From positions 100,316,001-100,380,000 of the forward strand of contig NC_043000.1 of the NCBI RefSeq assembly GCF_006345805.1: 64,000 bases of DNA. The letters are read 5' to 3'. The translations under genes were made by a program, and so were the position numbers. Source of the stretch: Octopus sinensis (lineage: Eukaryota). The notes under the pieces were generated by a model. It was not told where the DNA came from. It searched no databases and worked only from the letters and a program-made list of their open reading frames with translations. How positions within the stretch are numbered: the first letter of the stretch is position 1; every line of letters starts with the position of its first letter. Below, piece by piece: positions 34,623 through 47,388 of the stretch.

Positions 34623-35760
34623 ATTTCTTTATTAGCCTATAATGGGCTTACATAGATAAGGGGACAGGGACAAACAATGGATGAATTACAGGGGAGCGGG
34701 TCATGATGTTTGTGGGTGAAAACTGTAATGAAAGTCGTTATGAATTAAAAAAATTAATTTGAATATATAACTAAGTTAAAGTATATTTCAATTGTACATG
34801 ATTGGTCGGCGAGTTTATTCAACCCACGGGTTTTGAACCTTTGTTTTTTTTCCCATATTTTTGGACAGTAACATGTTTTCTTCATTCTTCGCCGTTATGA
34901 CAGGCTACACCAGCACGGCCCCCATTCATGCTCAACTTTCTTACAACATTTTTCCATCTTTTCTCATACACACTGTGAGGCAGGTACTTCCTTTCCAGAC
35001 AGATTTTCCTCACAAGGTGGAAGTCAAACCAACTTTCCAACCTTGTCCGGAGATAAAGTGGTCTATCTCAATTCCTTTTGCACGTGTTCTCCAGACTGTC
35101 TCTTTCAATATGGCTACCACGCAGAAGAAAGCTGCTCTCCTTTCCTTGTTAATGGAGGGAGGCGGTACAATCTTAACAATAGACTCAGTCGAAAGCCGTA
35201 CTCCTTCCCCATCCGACATCATTTGTTCGACATAGGTCAGCAACCCCCTCAACTGACAATGAACGAAGGCGTTGCGTGACAGTTTCACTGACGCGCCTGC
35301 ACCTCGGTCATGTTCGGGTTGGGTGTTAAAACCATGTCTGGAAACCTCTCCCGAACCGGTAGGACAGAACGATAGCACAACCAAGCCAAGGATTTCTGGA
35401 AATTATCCAGATACCTCAGCCCGAATGTCCTCTCAAACAGGTTAGTCAGTTGTTTGTCGTCAAAGCCCAAAGTGTTTCCCAGGACGTCGTTAGACTTAAA
35501 CTGTACCAACCCTCTATAAAATTCCGCTGTTGTAACCTCACTGCCGGTATTGCTCGTCCGGGAGAATAGAGTGAATGCTTGTCTGCACTCCCTCTGCCAT
35601 ACCCCCATCTTAGGCCTCCGCCTGATCCATGTGCCTAAGTCCGTGAGGGACTCCAATTGTGGAAAAAGCTGTTTGGCGTGCGATGACCACACCTTGTCAC
35701 CATCTTGGTCAGCCACAAACCAGGTCAAGGCACGATGGTTAGGCGGTAGGTTAACACAGA
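34623..35760 (-). mobile_element. Second Tx1/L1-clade LINE 3' remnant with 3'UTR and tail
   Basis: FGLRYLDNFQKSLAWLCYRSVLPVRE and FFCVVAILKETVWRTRAKG. The tail reads ...tgtttgtccctgtcccc..tctatgtaagccc..ggctaataaagaaat at 34685-34623. Confidence 0.78.
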
Positions 35761-35794
35761 TTCTATAAACAACTGTGTATCTTTTAAGCTGGCT

Positions 35795-36372
35795 CCTGCA
35801 GAAGGCTAATTGGGCCTGCGTTTCAAAACTAAAGACGGAAATAATAATAAAGCATTTATTGGTATCCTACCATCTCAGATCTATATCACAGAGTATCACA
35901 TTTGGAGAATTTTGTATCACTGTGACATTTGGAGATCACTGTAAACAGTATTCTTGTTTTTACTATTTGGTGTGAGTATGAAGAAATTGTTGCTATTTCC
36001 AACACTGGAACGACCAACATAGAGTTAACCCCGAGAAAAGCACTGCTGCATGAGGTGAAATCCAACAATTTTCAGTCATTATCTTTGAATCTTGTTAACT
36101 GGCATTGCAAAACTAACTCTCACTAGAAATTGAAGTCTCTTGAATTTAAAGGGCATGTCTACTGGAATCAGTGGAATTCTGGGAATAAAAACATTTTCAC
36201 CCTTTCCTTGTCCAGTGAGTATTGTTGCTTCCAAAGGATGTGGATACATTTGCTCGACAATCAGTCTTGTTCCATTGCATAGCTTTAGAAGATCCAGATT
36301 TCTCAAAAGCATGATTGGAACTCCTTTCTTTAATGTCAGTTTGTGAGAAGGCATTCCAGGAGAATCTGAAGT
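35795..36372 (-). mobile_element. Helitron PIF1-type helicase C-terminal remnant
   Basis: GMPSHKLTLKKGVPIMLLRNLD..LCNGTRLIV..ILTGQGKGENVFIPRIPLIP.DMPFKFKRLQF.VRVSFAM..NK, then CFSRG*LYVG.S. Confidence 0.92.
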
Positions 36373-36404
36373 GTTAAGAAACTCAGTAGTTATTATTATA
36401 GAAG

Positions 36405-36700
<296 letters not shown>

Positions 36701-36924
36701 ATTGAAAAATATAAATAAACCACTAAATTCCTTAGTAAAACTTTAAGCTAAGGGAGGTAACTCTTGTTCACCTATCTCAGTAATACTACGGCATGAACCC
36801 TCTCACGATCGCTTTACCTGATTGAAATAGCAACCCAAATGCTTTTAAATCAGATCCTAATGCTGGATGTTCAAGAACTAAATGAAGGGCAGATTTTCAA
36901 TCCCGGGATCATCCTGATTCTAAA

Positions 36925-36961
<37 letters not shown>

Positions 36962-37039
36962 GAGCAAACGTAGACTGGGATACAGGGGTCCCAGACGGAC
37001 AGACAGAACATCGCTTTTATTAATATACATATCATACTA

Positions 37040-37260
37040 TGATGTGTTGTGTTCTTAAGCCAAACACTTCATCTTACGCTGCTTTACGATAACTTCATAC
37101 CTGACGCGTGGTACACTGTGCACCTGTTCAGGCAAAGTCGATTTGACGGAGAGAGTGAGCTAATGTACAACACAAGCAAATGATCACCATAAACAAATCA
37201 TTGGTGTAGGTCGTTCGGCAAAAGCTGAACACTCAGGCGTCGTCTTCGACGGGAGAGTCC
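37040..37260 (+). mobile_element. SINE family C body
   Basis: tgttgtgttcttaagccaaacacttcatc...acctgacgcgtggtacactgtgcacctgttcag matches 61630-61740. Confidence 0.7.
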
Positions 37261-37278
37261 ATTATGTATTATATTATA

Positions 37279-37670
37279 CTAGCAGTGCCGTCCGGCATTG
37301 CTCCGGTTTTTTTCGACCCTTTTGAATTGGAACTTTTGAAAAGTAAAAATTTTGCATTATGTAGCTTGTTATTTTCTTTAAGTGAACATTTTCCTGGTTG
37401 AAATACACCGAAAAATGGCGACACAGCAGTCAAAAAATCGTAGAAAATAGGGATTATCATTAAAAAAAAAGCACCTTTTTGATGTAAATAATTTTTGGTC
37501 TTAACATGGTCCGATTTGAATTTTATCTTCTACGGAATGAAGAGCAAGTCTTCTTTTGTCATACTCTCAATTTTGGTCAACTTATGCCGCAGGGTCTCGG
37601 AGGAGATAGTGTTAGTTGAAGACTACCAAACGTGCCACACACAGACAACTTCAGCTTTTATATATATAGA
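37279..37670 (-). mobile_element. Non-autonomous Helitron with complete termini
   Basis: The minus strand starts A|TCTATATATATAAAAGC and ends with a GC-rich hairpin (ccggagcaatgccggacggc) then CTAG|T, the canonical A|TC...CTRR|T signature. Confidence 0.85.
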
Positions 37671-38139
37671 TTATTATATTATTATATTATATTATATTAT
37701 ATTATATTATATTATATTATATTATATATTATATTTTATTATGTTATATCATATTACATTACATTCCTCAATTTTGTCGAGTTGCCATCAATCATGAATC
37801 TGCAACATTTCAGGAGAACAGAAGTCTTTGGACAGTATTTTCCTTCAAATATGACACTTTCAAGAGGAGTATCGCGGCGGAATCACATTCCAAATAAAGA
37901 TGTCCAGCAGTAAAACCTGTTATGGTGGTACAAGTTGTTGTTTGTTGCTGTTGTTGTTGTTGTTCTTCTTCTTCTTGTTCTTCTTGTTCTTCTTGTTCTT
38001 CTTCTTGTTCTTCTTCTTTTCTTCTTCTTCTTCTTCTTCTTCTTCTTCTTCTTCTTCTTCTTCTTCTTCTTCTTCTTCTTCTTCACGCACGCACATACAC
38101 TTACTCACTCACTCACTCACTCACTCATTCACTCACTCA

Positions 38140-38336
38140 TTCATATTTCTTTACTGCCCACAAGGGGCTAAACATAGAGGGGACAAACAAGGACAGACAA
38201 ACAGATTAAGTCGATTACATCGACCCCAGTGCGTAACTGGTACTTAATTTATCGACCCCGAAAGGATGAACGGCAAAGTGGACCTCGGCGGAATTTGAAC
38301 TCAGAACGTAACGGCAGACGAAATACTCGCCGCCTT
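38140..38336 (-). mobile_element. SINE family A with an internal head deletion, inserted in (CACT)n
   Basis: atttctttactgcccacaaggggctaaac...gaatttgaactcagaacgtaacggcagacgaaatactcgccgcc. Confidence 0.92.
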
Positions 38337-38939
38337 AACTCATTCACTCACTCACACATGCATACACACTAGCGCACACTCATGCACTCATATGCATCAA
38401 CGCATACATATGCGTGTAAAATCTGTATGCAGACTGTTAGGTGCATATATGTGTGCGTATGTAAGTACCTGTATATGTCTGTGCGCGTGCATACATGCAG
38501 ATGTGTATACATATATGTGTGTGCGTTCATGCGTGTGTGTACTCAACAAAACATGGCTAAAATTGAAATTGTAATAATCAATGCAAGGGAAATAATTCTG
38601 TAACAATTATCTGAATTATTTCCCTTGCTACTTTTCAAATTCTACGTATAAATGACGAGAGAAGCAAATATGTATTAATTTTACAATTTAAAAGGAGAGT
38701 CACTGATAAAAAGAATTGTAACTGAGTGAAATGGAAGGGGTTGGCAACTATACCACGGCTGTCATTCAGAGAGAAGCATTTTAACTTCTCATTTACCTCT
38801 GTCATCAGCATCTCTCCCCTTCCTTTTCTCTCTCTCACTCTGTTTTATTCTTTGTCTCACTCTTCTTTTCTCTCACTCACTCACTCACCCAGTCTTTCTT
38901 TCTTTCTCTCTTTTTCTCTCACACACACACACACGAATA

Positions 38940-39290
38940 CATACACACACGCATACATACACACACACATACACAGACTCACACATACAATACATGCTAA
39001 TACTCAATGAGCAGACGATAACTAAAGAAAACTGTTTATGTACACACACGCTTACATACACACACACACGCATACATACACACACATACACAGACTCACA
39101 CATACAATACATGCTAACACTCAATGAGCAGACGATAACTAAAGAAAACTGTATATGTATACACACGCATACATACACACACACACGCGTACATACATAC
39201 ACATACTCACACAAACACTTACACATACAATACATGCTAACACTCAATGAGCAGACGATAACTAAAGAAATCTGTATGTGTGTAAGTGTA
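38940..39290. repeat. ~118-120-bp minisatellite, ~3 units
   Basis: acatacaatacatgctaa.actcaatgagcagacgataactaaagaaa occurs three times, separated by CA-rich linkers. Confidence 0.9.
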
Positions 39291-39317
39291 TGAGTGTGTG
39301 TATATCTATATACATGT

Positions 39318-39404
<87 letters not shown>

Positions 39405-40874
39405 TGTGTGCATGTATAGAGTTATACACATGCATTTAAGTTTAATAAGAAAGTCTCCAAGCAGTTACACGACCTGCTAGAAATAACTATCAAATCTTCG
39501 TGAATGACACATTACCATCTTTAAAAACTGAGGGACATATTGAATAAGAAGGAAAATAAAGACAGATTATTAGAAGCTTGAGTATGTTTGATCGACATGA
39601 TCATATTCGTTTTAGAGTTTTCGAGAAGTGTTCGTACTGAACAAATACAATATTGCCTCACATTGCTATTTTGATTGGTTATATAATGGGAAAGGATTCA
39701 CTTAGACTGTCGTTTTGTGCGTGACTGCACGTGTTGTCAGCTCTTTTAATCTTTTACTCGTTTCAGCCATGCGGCCGTGTTCAAATGAAATATTAGCAGA
39801 AGTCTGCGTTACGCACGCCATATAATACCTCATAACTTATTGGGTTTTTTTTTCTTTGAATCTTCGGAAAATCTTTGCGAATTTGTATTCTTGTACAGAA
39901 TTGACACAAATATGCAAAAACAAAAAAGAAAGAAAGAAAAAAAGAAAGAAATTTGGTGCGTGATTTAAGGCCTTTTTAGCTATTATTTTTAGCACGTCTC
40001 ATGACCATCTCATACCTCATGTGTTTAAATAAGCGAAAAATGACAACGTGGGTCAAACAGCCTGGCAATAGCTTTGCTTGTTACGATGGAAACAGGCACC
40101 TATATGTCTGTAGCTTTCGATTGGCTAAAATTACCCCAAATTTGCAAACTTTAAAAGCTATTAACACTTTATTTATTTATTTATGGTGAAAATGAATTTC
40201 ATGTCAATGAATACTATACAAAACTACACCAATACAACAAGCATGAAATCAACTGGAGCAAAAATTGAATAAATTGAAAAGTGGCAGCCAAACAGGAAAA
40301 GATCCTCCATTTACCCCCAGAATACCCTAGATTTCGTCTGACACAGAAATACATTCCGTATTTAAAAGGCAACGAATGACAGTTACCTATGACATTGTTT
40401 CTGTCATGGGTAACTTTATGCTACATTACAAGACTGGGAAGTCCATGCAATATTTTTATTTATGCTCCTTCTGTAAAATCACGTAACATGTTTTATAAGG
40501 GTGTTCTGGATTTACACTAAATAGTAAATAAGAGGAAAAAACAAATAACACAATTAATTGGAGAAAGGTGGCATGGTCTCGAAAAATATGAAGCCTATAA
40601 ATAAAATACGAAATCATATAGATCAAGGCAGAACATTCGAGTTATGACAGGTAACCTAGATGAATATGTACATAACTGTAATTATAGCTACATCTTCCCA
40701 CACGTGGCATTTGTTAGACATAAGTTACTTAGCGCAACAGTTAAATAAAAAATATATATGCTTTACATTTACATATTGAGTTCTATTTCTCCTATTTGTA
40801 CCACCAGATCTCTCTTTCTCTCTTCCCCCGCCCCCTCTCTCTGTGTTTACAGCACACCCACTCACATTTATATT

Positions 40875-41354
40875 TACAGTAATGCCTCGCCATATCGCGG
40901 TTCACCTATCGCGCACTCAGTACATCGCGGATTTTTCTGGCTAATATATGTAAATTTATATCGCGATCTCCTCAGTATATCGCGGGTATCTGCGGCCGAT
41001 AAGTATTTATATTTTTTAGACTTTAATTATTTGTGTGGTAAAATAAGCATTTTCACGCCTAAAAATTAATAAATTAATAAATAAAAATAGGGTACAGTAC
41101 TGCTCTGTATAACACAATGATTAAAATATAATAAAAGAAAATACGTAGTGTACCGTAGATGAGTAAACAAAGAATCGCACTTATTGTATGGAAAACGAAA
41201 CTCGGGAGGCGAGTGTGTGCTGTTGTTTTGCATTTATAATAAAATAAATAATAATAATAAATATACTGTACACTACTGTTTCTACTTCGCGGATTTTCAC
41301 TTATCGCGGGTTTTTTTGGAACGTAACACCCGCAATAATCGAGGGATTATTGTT
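40875..41354. mobile_element. Tigger/pogo-type MITE
   Basis: TA-cagtaatgcctcgccatatcgcgg left TIR and cccgcaataatcgagggattattg right TIR, with repeated ATCGCG subterminal motifs. Confidence 0.8.
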
Positions 41355-41884
41355 CGTTGACCAGAGTAAAAATGTGGTGAATTAACTACTGCATGCTTTT
41401 GAAATTGTGCATGAGCTTGCAGACCATATTTTAAATCTAAAAGGAACCAAACTATACCAGCAAAATTCTTAATACTCTGAAACCACACGGTCTATCACAT
41501 CACAGACTCGTACTGAAGAAAATATCCTCAATTATTCTTTGCAGAAAATTAGTTACTCCAAGGTGATGCCATGGGATAAGTGTAGAATATCTGATGATCT
41601 AATATTGTCCTGCGAAATTTCAGATAAACATGCCATACGACTTTTATGTTTTATGTATATATTTCTTTTTCAAAGATTTCTTCGAATTTCTGTTTTGAAC
41701 TCCAGAGATAACAATTTTACAAAATTACAATGTATTTACGTTCTGAGTCCAAATTCCGCTGAGATCGACTTTGCCTTTCATTGTTTCTGGTTCGATAAAT
41801 TAAGTACCAGTAATGCAATGGAGTCGATGCAATCGACTAGTCTCCTCCCCCAAATTTCGGGCCTTGTGCCTATAGTAGAAAGGA

Positions 41885-41905
41885 TTATTATTATTATTAT
41901 TATTA

Positions 41906-41936
<31 letters not shown>

Positions 41937-42690
41937 GCATTTGCACAGCTTCTAACGCTGGAAATGTACTACGGTGTCAGCTGTTCAATACCATTGAACT
42001 AAGGTAACACCTCTTTATTTTTCGAGCACCTCCCTGAGTATCTTAGCGGTTCGAAGCAGTGTTGTTTTCTGCAAGTGCTCCACTCGTATTGCAGCCCCTA
42101 TTTGTTCCACGTACTTCTCGAGATTTTTGCTCACTGTTCCTAGAGCTCCGACAATTATTGGTACTACTGCTGCCTTTTTCATCAACCACAACTGCTTAAC
42201 TTCCCAAGCTAACCTGTCATATCTCTCGTCTTTTCTTTCTTCCTTATCGCATACCTTCTTGTCAGCTGGGCATGCTATATCTATGATCCAGCATAGTTTG
42301 CTTTCCTTCTTAATTAAAACTATGTCTGGCTTCCTATTCTCTATCTCATGGTCGCACTGAATCATAAAATCCCACAGGATCTTTGCATTATCATTTTCGA
42401 TGATGCCTTAGCAATTTCTTTTTTGAGAGCCCAAACTCGATCTTAACATCATTGGAGAAAATTCTCACAGACTGGACTAGGCTGTCTAGTTTTTACTCAG
42501 TTTTTGTGAATAGCTTCAGGTGGTCCATGAATAGCGGCTTCAGGACAAAATTCTTTACTACAGTTCGCTTGCATTTAGCGTCTCTCTCTATACTCACTTG
42601 TCCTCCTTTTCTTGTTTTAGACTCTTTATACCAGTATGACCGACGAGACACACATTGTTTTTTATTATATATAAGATTATCAAGGTGTTC
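41885..42690 (-). mobile_element. R4/Dong-clade RLE non-LTR retrotransposon, internally deleted, ending in (TAA)n
   Basis: RT block LFMDHLKLFTKTE*KLDSLVQSVRIFSNDVKIEFGLSK joined to the RLE block ENDNAKILWDFMIQCDHEIENRKPDIVLIKKESKLCWIIDIACP..VVPIIVGALG..LQKTTLLRTAKILR. A (TAA)n tract lies at 41885-41934. Confidence 0.88.
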
Positions 42691-42699
42691 AGCTGACAA

Positions 42700-42893
42700 A
42701 ATCGTTTGCTCCCCGGGCAAAATCCTTAGCGACATTTCGTCCGTCCATATGTTCTGATTTCAAATTCCGCCGACGTTGACTTTGCCTTTCATCCTTTCGA
42801 GGTCGATGAATTGAGGACCAGTGAAACACTGGGGTCGATGTAATCGACAATTCTCTCCCCCAAAACGGTTGCCCTTGTGGCAAAATTTGAAAC

Positions 42894-42895
<2 letters not shown>
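42700..42895 (+). mobile_element. SINE family A
   Basis: ccgggcaaaatccttagcgacatttcgtcc...ctttgcctttcatcctttcgaggtcgat. Confidence 0.85.
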
Positions 42896-42930
<35 letters not shown>

Positions 42931-43452
42931 GAGTGAGAGAGCAGTTCATGCCATCAAAGTGACACTGGGGTAAAATATACGAAGCCCAATATACCCATCA
43001 TGACTACCCGTCTGATAAAGGTACACCAGGCACATGCATCACAACCATATGTGCGCGACATGGTGATCTCATATCAAGATAAACAGCACATGACCTTGCA
43101 GGTGGGGCCCAGTTAGAATTTTCTTCAGGTTGAGTAGCCCATCCCGCTCAAACGGTCCCTGAATAAGGGTTGTTTAAGGATGTTGAAAGAACCACCCATG
43201 TTTCCAGAGGTGAACTATTCAAACCCCAAAGAATCCCTCTCAACACATGGCTATGATGCTCCCCCACTAATTCTGCTCGTGATCAGAGATGCACATATCG
43301 TCAGCCACTAAGGGACATGCTCAACTGGTTAAGGTCAAACAACTGACAAGCAAATCTGTGGTATTGAGCAGAATATTTGCTGTAGCCCATCTTTTATACC
43401 AAGACAAAACAATGTACATGATAACACTTCCAATCAGTTAAGATCAGAAGCC
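42931..43452 (-). mobile_element. (TAA)n-associated non-coding retroposon, copy 1 (5'-truncated by ~30 bp)
   Basis: Flanked on both sides by (TAT)n. Left end gagtgagagagcag is shared by all four copies. Confidence 0.85.
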
Positions 43453-43473
43453 ATTATTATTATTATTATTATT

Positions 43474-44003
43474 GAGTGAGAGAGCAGTTCATGCCATCAA
43501 AGTGACACTGGGGTAAAATATACGAAGCCCAATATACCCATCATGACTACCCGTCTGATAAAGGTACACCAGGCACATGCATCACAACCATATGTGCGCG
43601 ACATGGTGATCTCATATCAAGATAAACAGCACATGACCTTGCAGGTGGGGCCCAGTTAGAATTTTCTTCAGGTTGAGTAGCCCATCCCGCTCAAACGGTC
43701 CCTGAATAAGGGTTGTTTAAGGATGTTGAAAGAACCACCCATGTTTCAAGAGGTGAACTATTCAAACCCCAAAGAATCCCTCTCAACACATGGCTATGAT
43801 GCTCCCCCACTACTTCTGCTCGTGATCAGAGATGCACATATCATCAGCCACTAAGGGACATGCTCAACTGGTTAAGGTCAAACAACTGACAAGCAAATCT
43901 GTGGTATTGAGCAGAATATTTGCTGTAGCCCATCTTTTATACGAAGACAAAACAAACTGGTTAAGGTCAAACAACTGACAAGCAAATCTGTGGTATTGAG
44001 CAG

Positions 44004-44004
<1 letters not shown>
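43474..44004 (-). mobile_element. (TAA)n-associated retroposon, copy 2 (truncated, ~50-bp internal duplication)
   Basis: Near-identical to copy 1. actggttaaggtcaaacaactgacaagcaaatctgtggtattgagcag is duplicated. Confidence 0.85.
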
Positions 44005-44074
<70 letters not shown>

Positions 44075-44077
44075 TAC

Positions 44078-44132
<55 letters not shown>

Positions 44133-44133
44133 T

Positions 44134-44830
44134 TGAGAGCTGGAAGAATCTTTAGCATGCCGGGTGAAATGCTTAACGGTATTTCGTCTGTCGTTACGTT
44201 GTGAGTTCAAATTCCGCCGAGGTTGACTTTGCCTTTCATCCTTTCGGGGTCGATAAATTAAGTACCAGTTTCGCACTGGGGTCGATGTAATCGACTTAAT
44301 ACCTATGTCTGTCCTTGTTTGTCCCCTCTATGTTTAGCCCCTTGTGGGTAATAAAGAAATAGGTATTTCATCTGCCGTTACGTTCTGAGTTCAAATTCTG
44401 CCGAGGTCGACTTTGCTTTTCATCCTTTCGGGGTCGATAAATTAAGTACCAGTTGCGCACTGGGTCGTTATAATCCGTTTGTCTGTCCTTGTTTGTCTCC
44501 TCTGTGTTTAGCCCCTTGCGGGTAGTAAAGAAATAGGTATTTCGTCTGCCACTACGTTCTGAGTTCAAATTCCGCCGAGGTCGACTTTGCCCTTCACCCT
44601 TTCGGGGTCGGTTAAATAAGTACCAGTTACGCACTGGGGTTGATATAATCGACTTAATCCGTTTGTCTGTCCTTGTTCGTCCCCTCTGTGTATAGCCCCT
44701 TGTAGGTAGTAAAGAAATAGGTATTTCGTCCGTCTTTACGTTTTGAATTCAAATTCCGCTGAGGTCTGATCGACGTGATCGATTTACCTCCTCCACAAAT
44801 TTCAGGCCTTGTACCTATAGTAGAAAGGAT
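44134..44830 (+). mobile_element. SINE A multimer (one head plus ~3 head-less units)
   Basis: Junction aaagaaata|ggtatttc at ~44355, ~44532 and ~44715. Confidence 0.9.
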
Positions 44831-44912
<82 letters not shown>

Positions 44913-44939
44913 TACTACTACTACTACTACTACTACTAC

Positions 44940-44976
<37 letters not shown>

Positions 44977-44995
44977 TATTATTATTATTATTATT

Positions 44996-45582
44996 GAGTG
45001 AGAGAGCAGTGCATGCCATCAAAATGAGACTGGGGTAAAATATGCAAAGTCCAGTATACTCATCATGATTACCTGTCTGATAAGGGTACACCCGGCACAT
45101 ACATCACAATCATATGTGCGCGACATAGTGACATGTCAAGATAAACAGCACATAACCTTGTGTGTGGGGCCCAGTTAGAATTTTCTTCTGGTCGAGTAGC
45201 CCATCCTGTTCAAAAGGTCCCTGAGTAAGGATTGTTTAAGGTTGTTGAACGAAACATTCATGTTTCCAAAGGGGAACTATCCAAACCTCTAAGATTTCCT
45301 CTCAACACATGGCTATGATGCTCTCCCACTACTTCTGCTCGTGATCAGAGATGCACATATCGTCAGCCACTAAGGGACATGCTCAGATGCACATATCGTC
45401 AGCCACCAAGAGACATAGTCAACTGGTTAAGGTCAAACAACTGACAAGGAAGTCTGTGGCATTGAGCAGAATATTTGCTGTAGCCCATCTTTTATATCAA
45501 GACAAAACAATGTACATGATAACACTTCCAATCAGTTACGACGAGAAGCCATGAGAGCCACTGCCTGGTACTGCATCAGGGC
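44996..45582 (-). mobile_element. (TAA)n-associated retroposon, copy 3 (longest, more diverged)
   Basis: Runs from gagtgagagagcag to gccactgcctggtactgcatcagggc, flanked by (TAT)n. Confidence 0.85.
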
Positions 45583-45689
45583 ATATTATAATTATAATTA
45601 TTATTATTATTATTGTTATTATTATTACTATTATTATTATTATTATTATATTATTATTTTTATTATTATCATTATTATTATTATTATTA

Positions 45690-45732
<43 letters not shown>

Positions 45733-46285
45733 GAGTGAGAGAGCAGTTCATGCCATCAAAGTGACACTGGGGTAAAATATACGAAGCCCAATATACCCAT
45801 CATGACTACCCGTCTGATAAAGGTACACCAGGCACATGCATCACAACCATATGTGCGCGACATGGTGATCTCATATCAAGATAAACAGCACATGACCTTG
45901 CAGGTGGGGCCCAGTTAGAATTTTCTTCAGGTTGAGTAGCCCATCCTGCTCAAACGGTCCCTGAATAAGGGTTGCTTTAGGATGTTGAACGAAACACCTA
46001 TGTTTCCAGAGGTGAACCATTCAAACTCCAAAGAATCCCTCTCAACACATGGCCATGATGCTCCCCCACTACTTCTGCTCGTGATCAGAGATGCACATAT
46101 CGTCAGCCACTAAGGGACATGCTCAACTGGTTAAGGTCAAACAACTGACAAGCAAATCTGTGGTATTGAGCAGAATATTTGCTGTAGCCCATCTTTTATA
46201 CCAAGACAAAACAATGTACATGATAACACTTCCAATCAGTTAAGATCAGAAGCCATGAGAGCCACTGCCTGGTACTGCATCAGGC
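45733..46285 (-). mobile_element. (TAA)n-associated retroposon, copy 4
   Basis: Runs from gagtgagagagcag to ggtactgcatcaggc, flanked by (TAT)n. Confidence 0.85.
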
Positions 46286-46298
46286 ATTATTATTATTA

Positions 46299-46345
<47 letters not shown>

Positions 46346-46729
46346 CATTATTGTAAGGAATGTTCTTGTCTTTAAAACAAATGCTTAGTTTTGAAACTTA
46401 ATGTATTGTATTAATTATATAAAACCATATTGTTAACATCATTTTTTTATAATTTTCGTACTCGTTTTTCCACAGCTAAACTTTAATTTGAATGTACCTC
46501 ATATATTTTGATCTTATTCATATTTTTACTCCATTTAATTACATTGACCAGCAAATATTTCTTTAATGTGGATTATAATTAATAGAATTATTCCAGAACT
46601 GCCAAAAACAAAATAAAAGGCTATTTATTTGCTTTTAAAAGTTATTGATTTCAGCATTAAGACTCTATGATCTGTTATACATTTTCAATAAGGCTTAGCT
46701 GAGGAAATTGTCCGGGCCAGACGAGGCCA

Positions 46730-46850
46730 GGCGAAAACTAAATCTTACTTTGATGATCCAAAAATTTGGCAGAATAATCAACAAAGGCATTATGATGTTG
46801 GTGCATTGCCAAACAACGAATGATAAATTATATCACAACGGCGAAGAATA
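46730..46850 (+). mobile_element. Possible mariner C-terminal scrap
   Basis: YFDDPK.W / GIMMLVHCQ..HNGEE* resembles GI.KL..RWQKV...NG.Y. Confidence 0.35.
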
Positions 46851-47199
46851 AATATATTTTGTTGAAATTTTCGTTTCAGTAAATATTGTAACCTAAGCGT
46901 CATTAAGTTTGGCATGCTACAGCATTTGGCACTCCCTTCCTCTCATTACCCATTGTTTCATTATCTATTGGTTTCGGGGGCAGACGATCATACGGCCTCG
47001 CTACATATTTCACTCAGCTACAAATTTTATCGCCACTTATCTGTTGAACTCCTCAAGTTATCTCGGACTACGGTACGTGAAAGGACAAACCACACACGAA
47101 CGTGAATACAGACACTTCTTATACATACATGTCTATGAGTGACTGAGAGTGAGCGCGCGCGTGCCTTTCGTTTTTAAATTGCGTCTAGCCGCTTTGATA

Positions 47200-47383
<184 letters not shown>

Positions 47384-47388
47384 ACACA

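Noticed and set aside
43335-43375. CTGACGA on the minus strand of the TAA-associated element as a hammerhead core
   Set aside because: There is no suitably placed GAAA and stem III with a UH triplet; the one candidate has G at the cleavage position.
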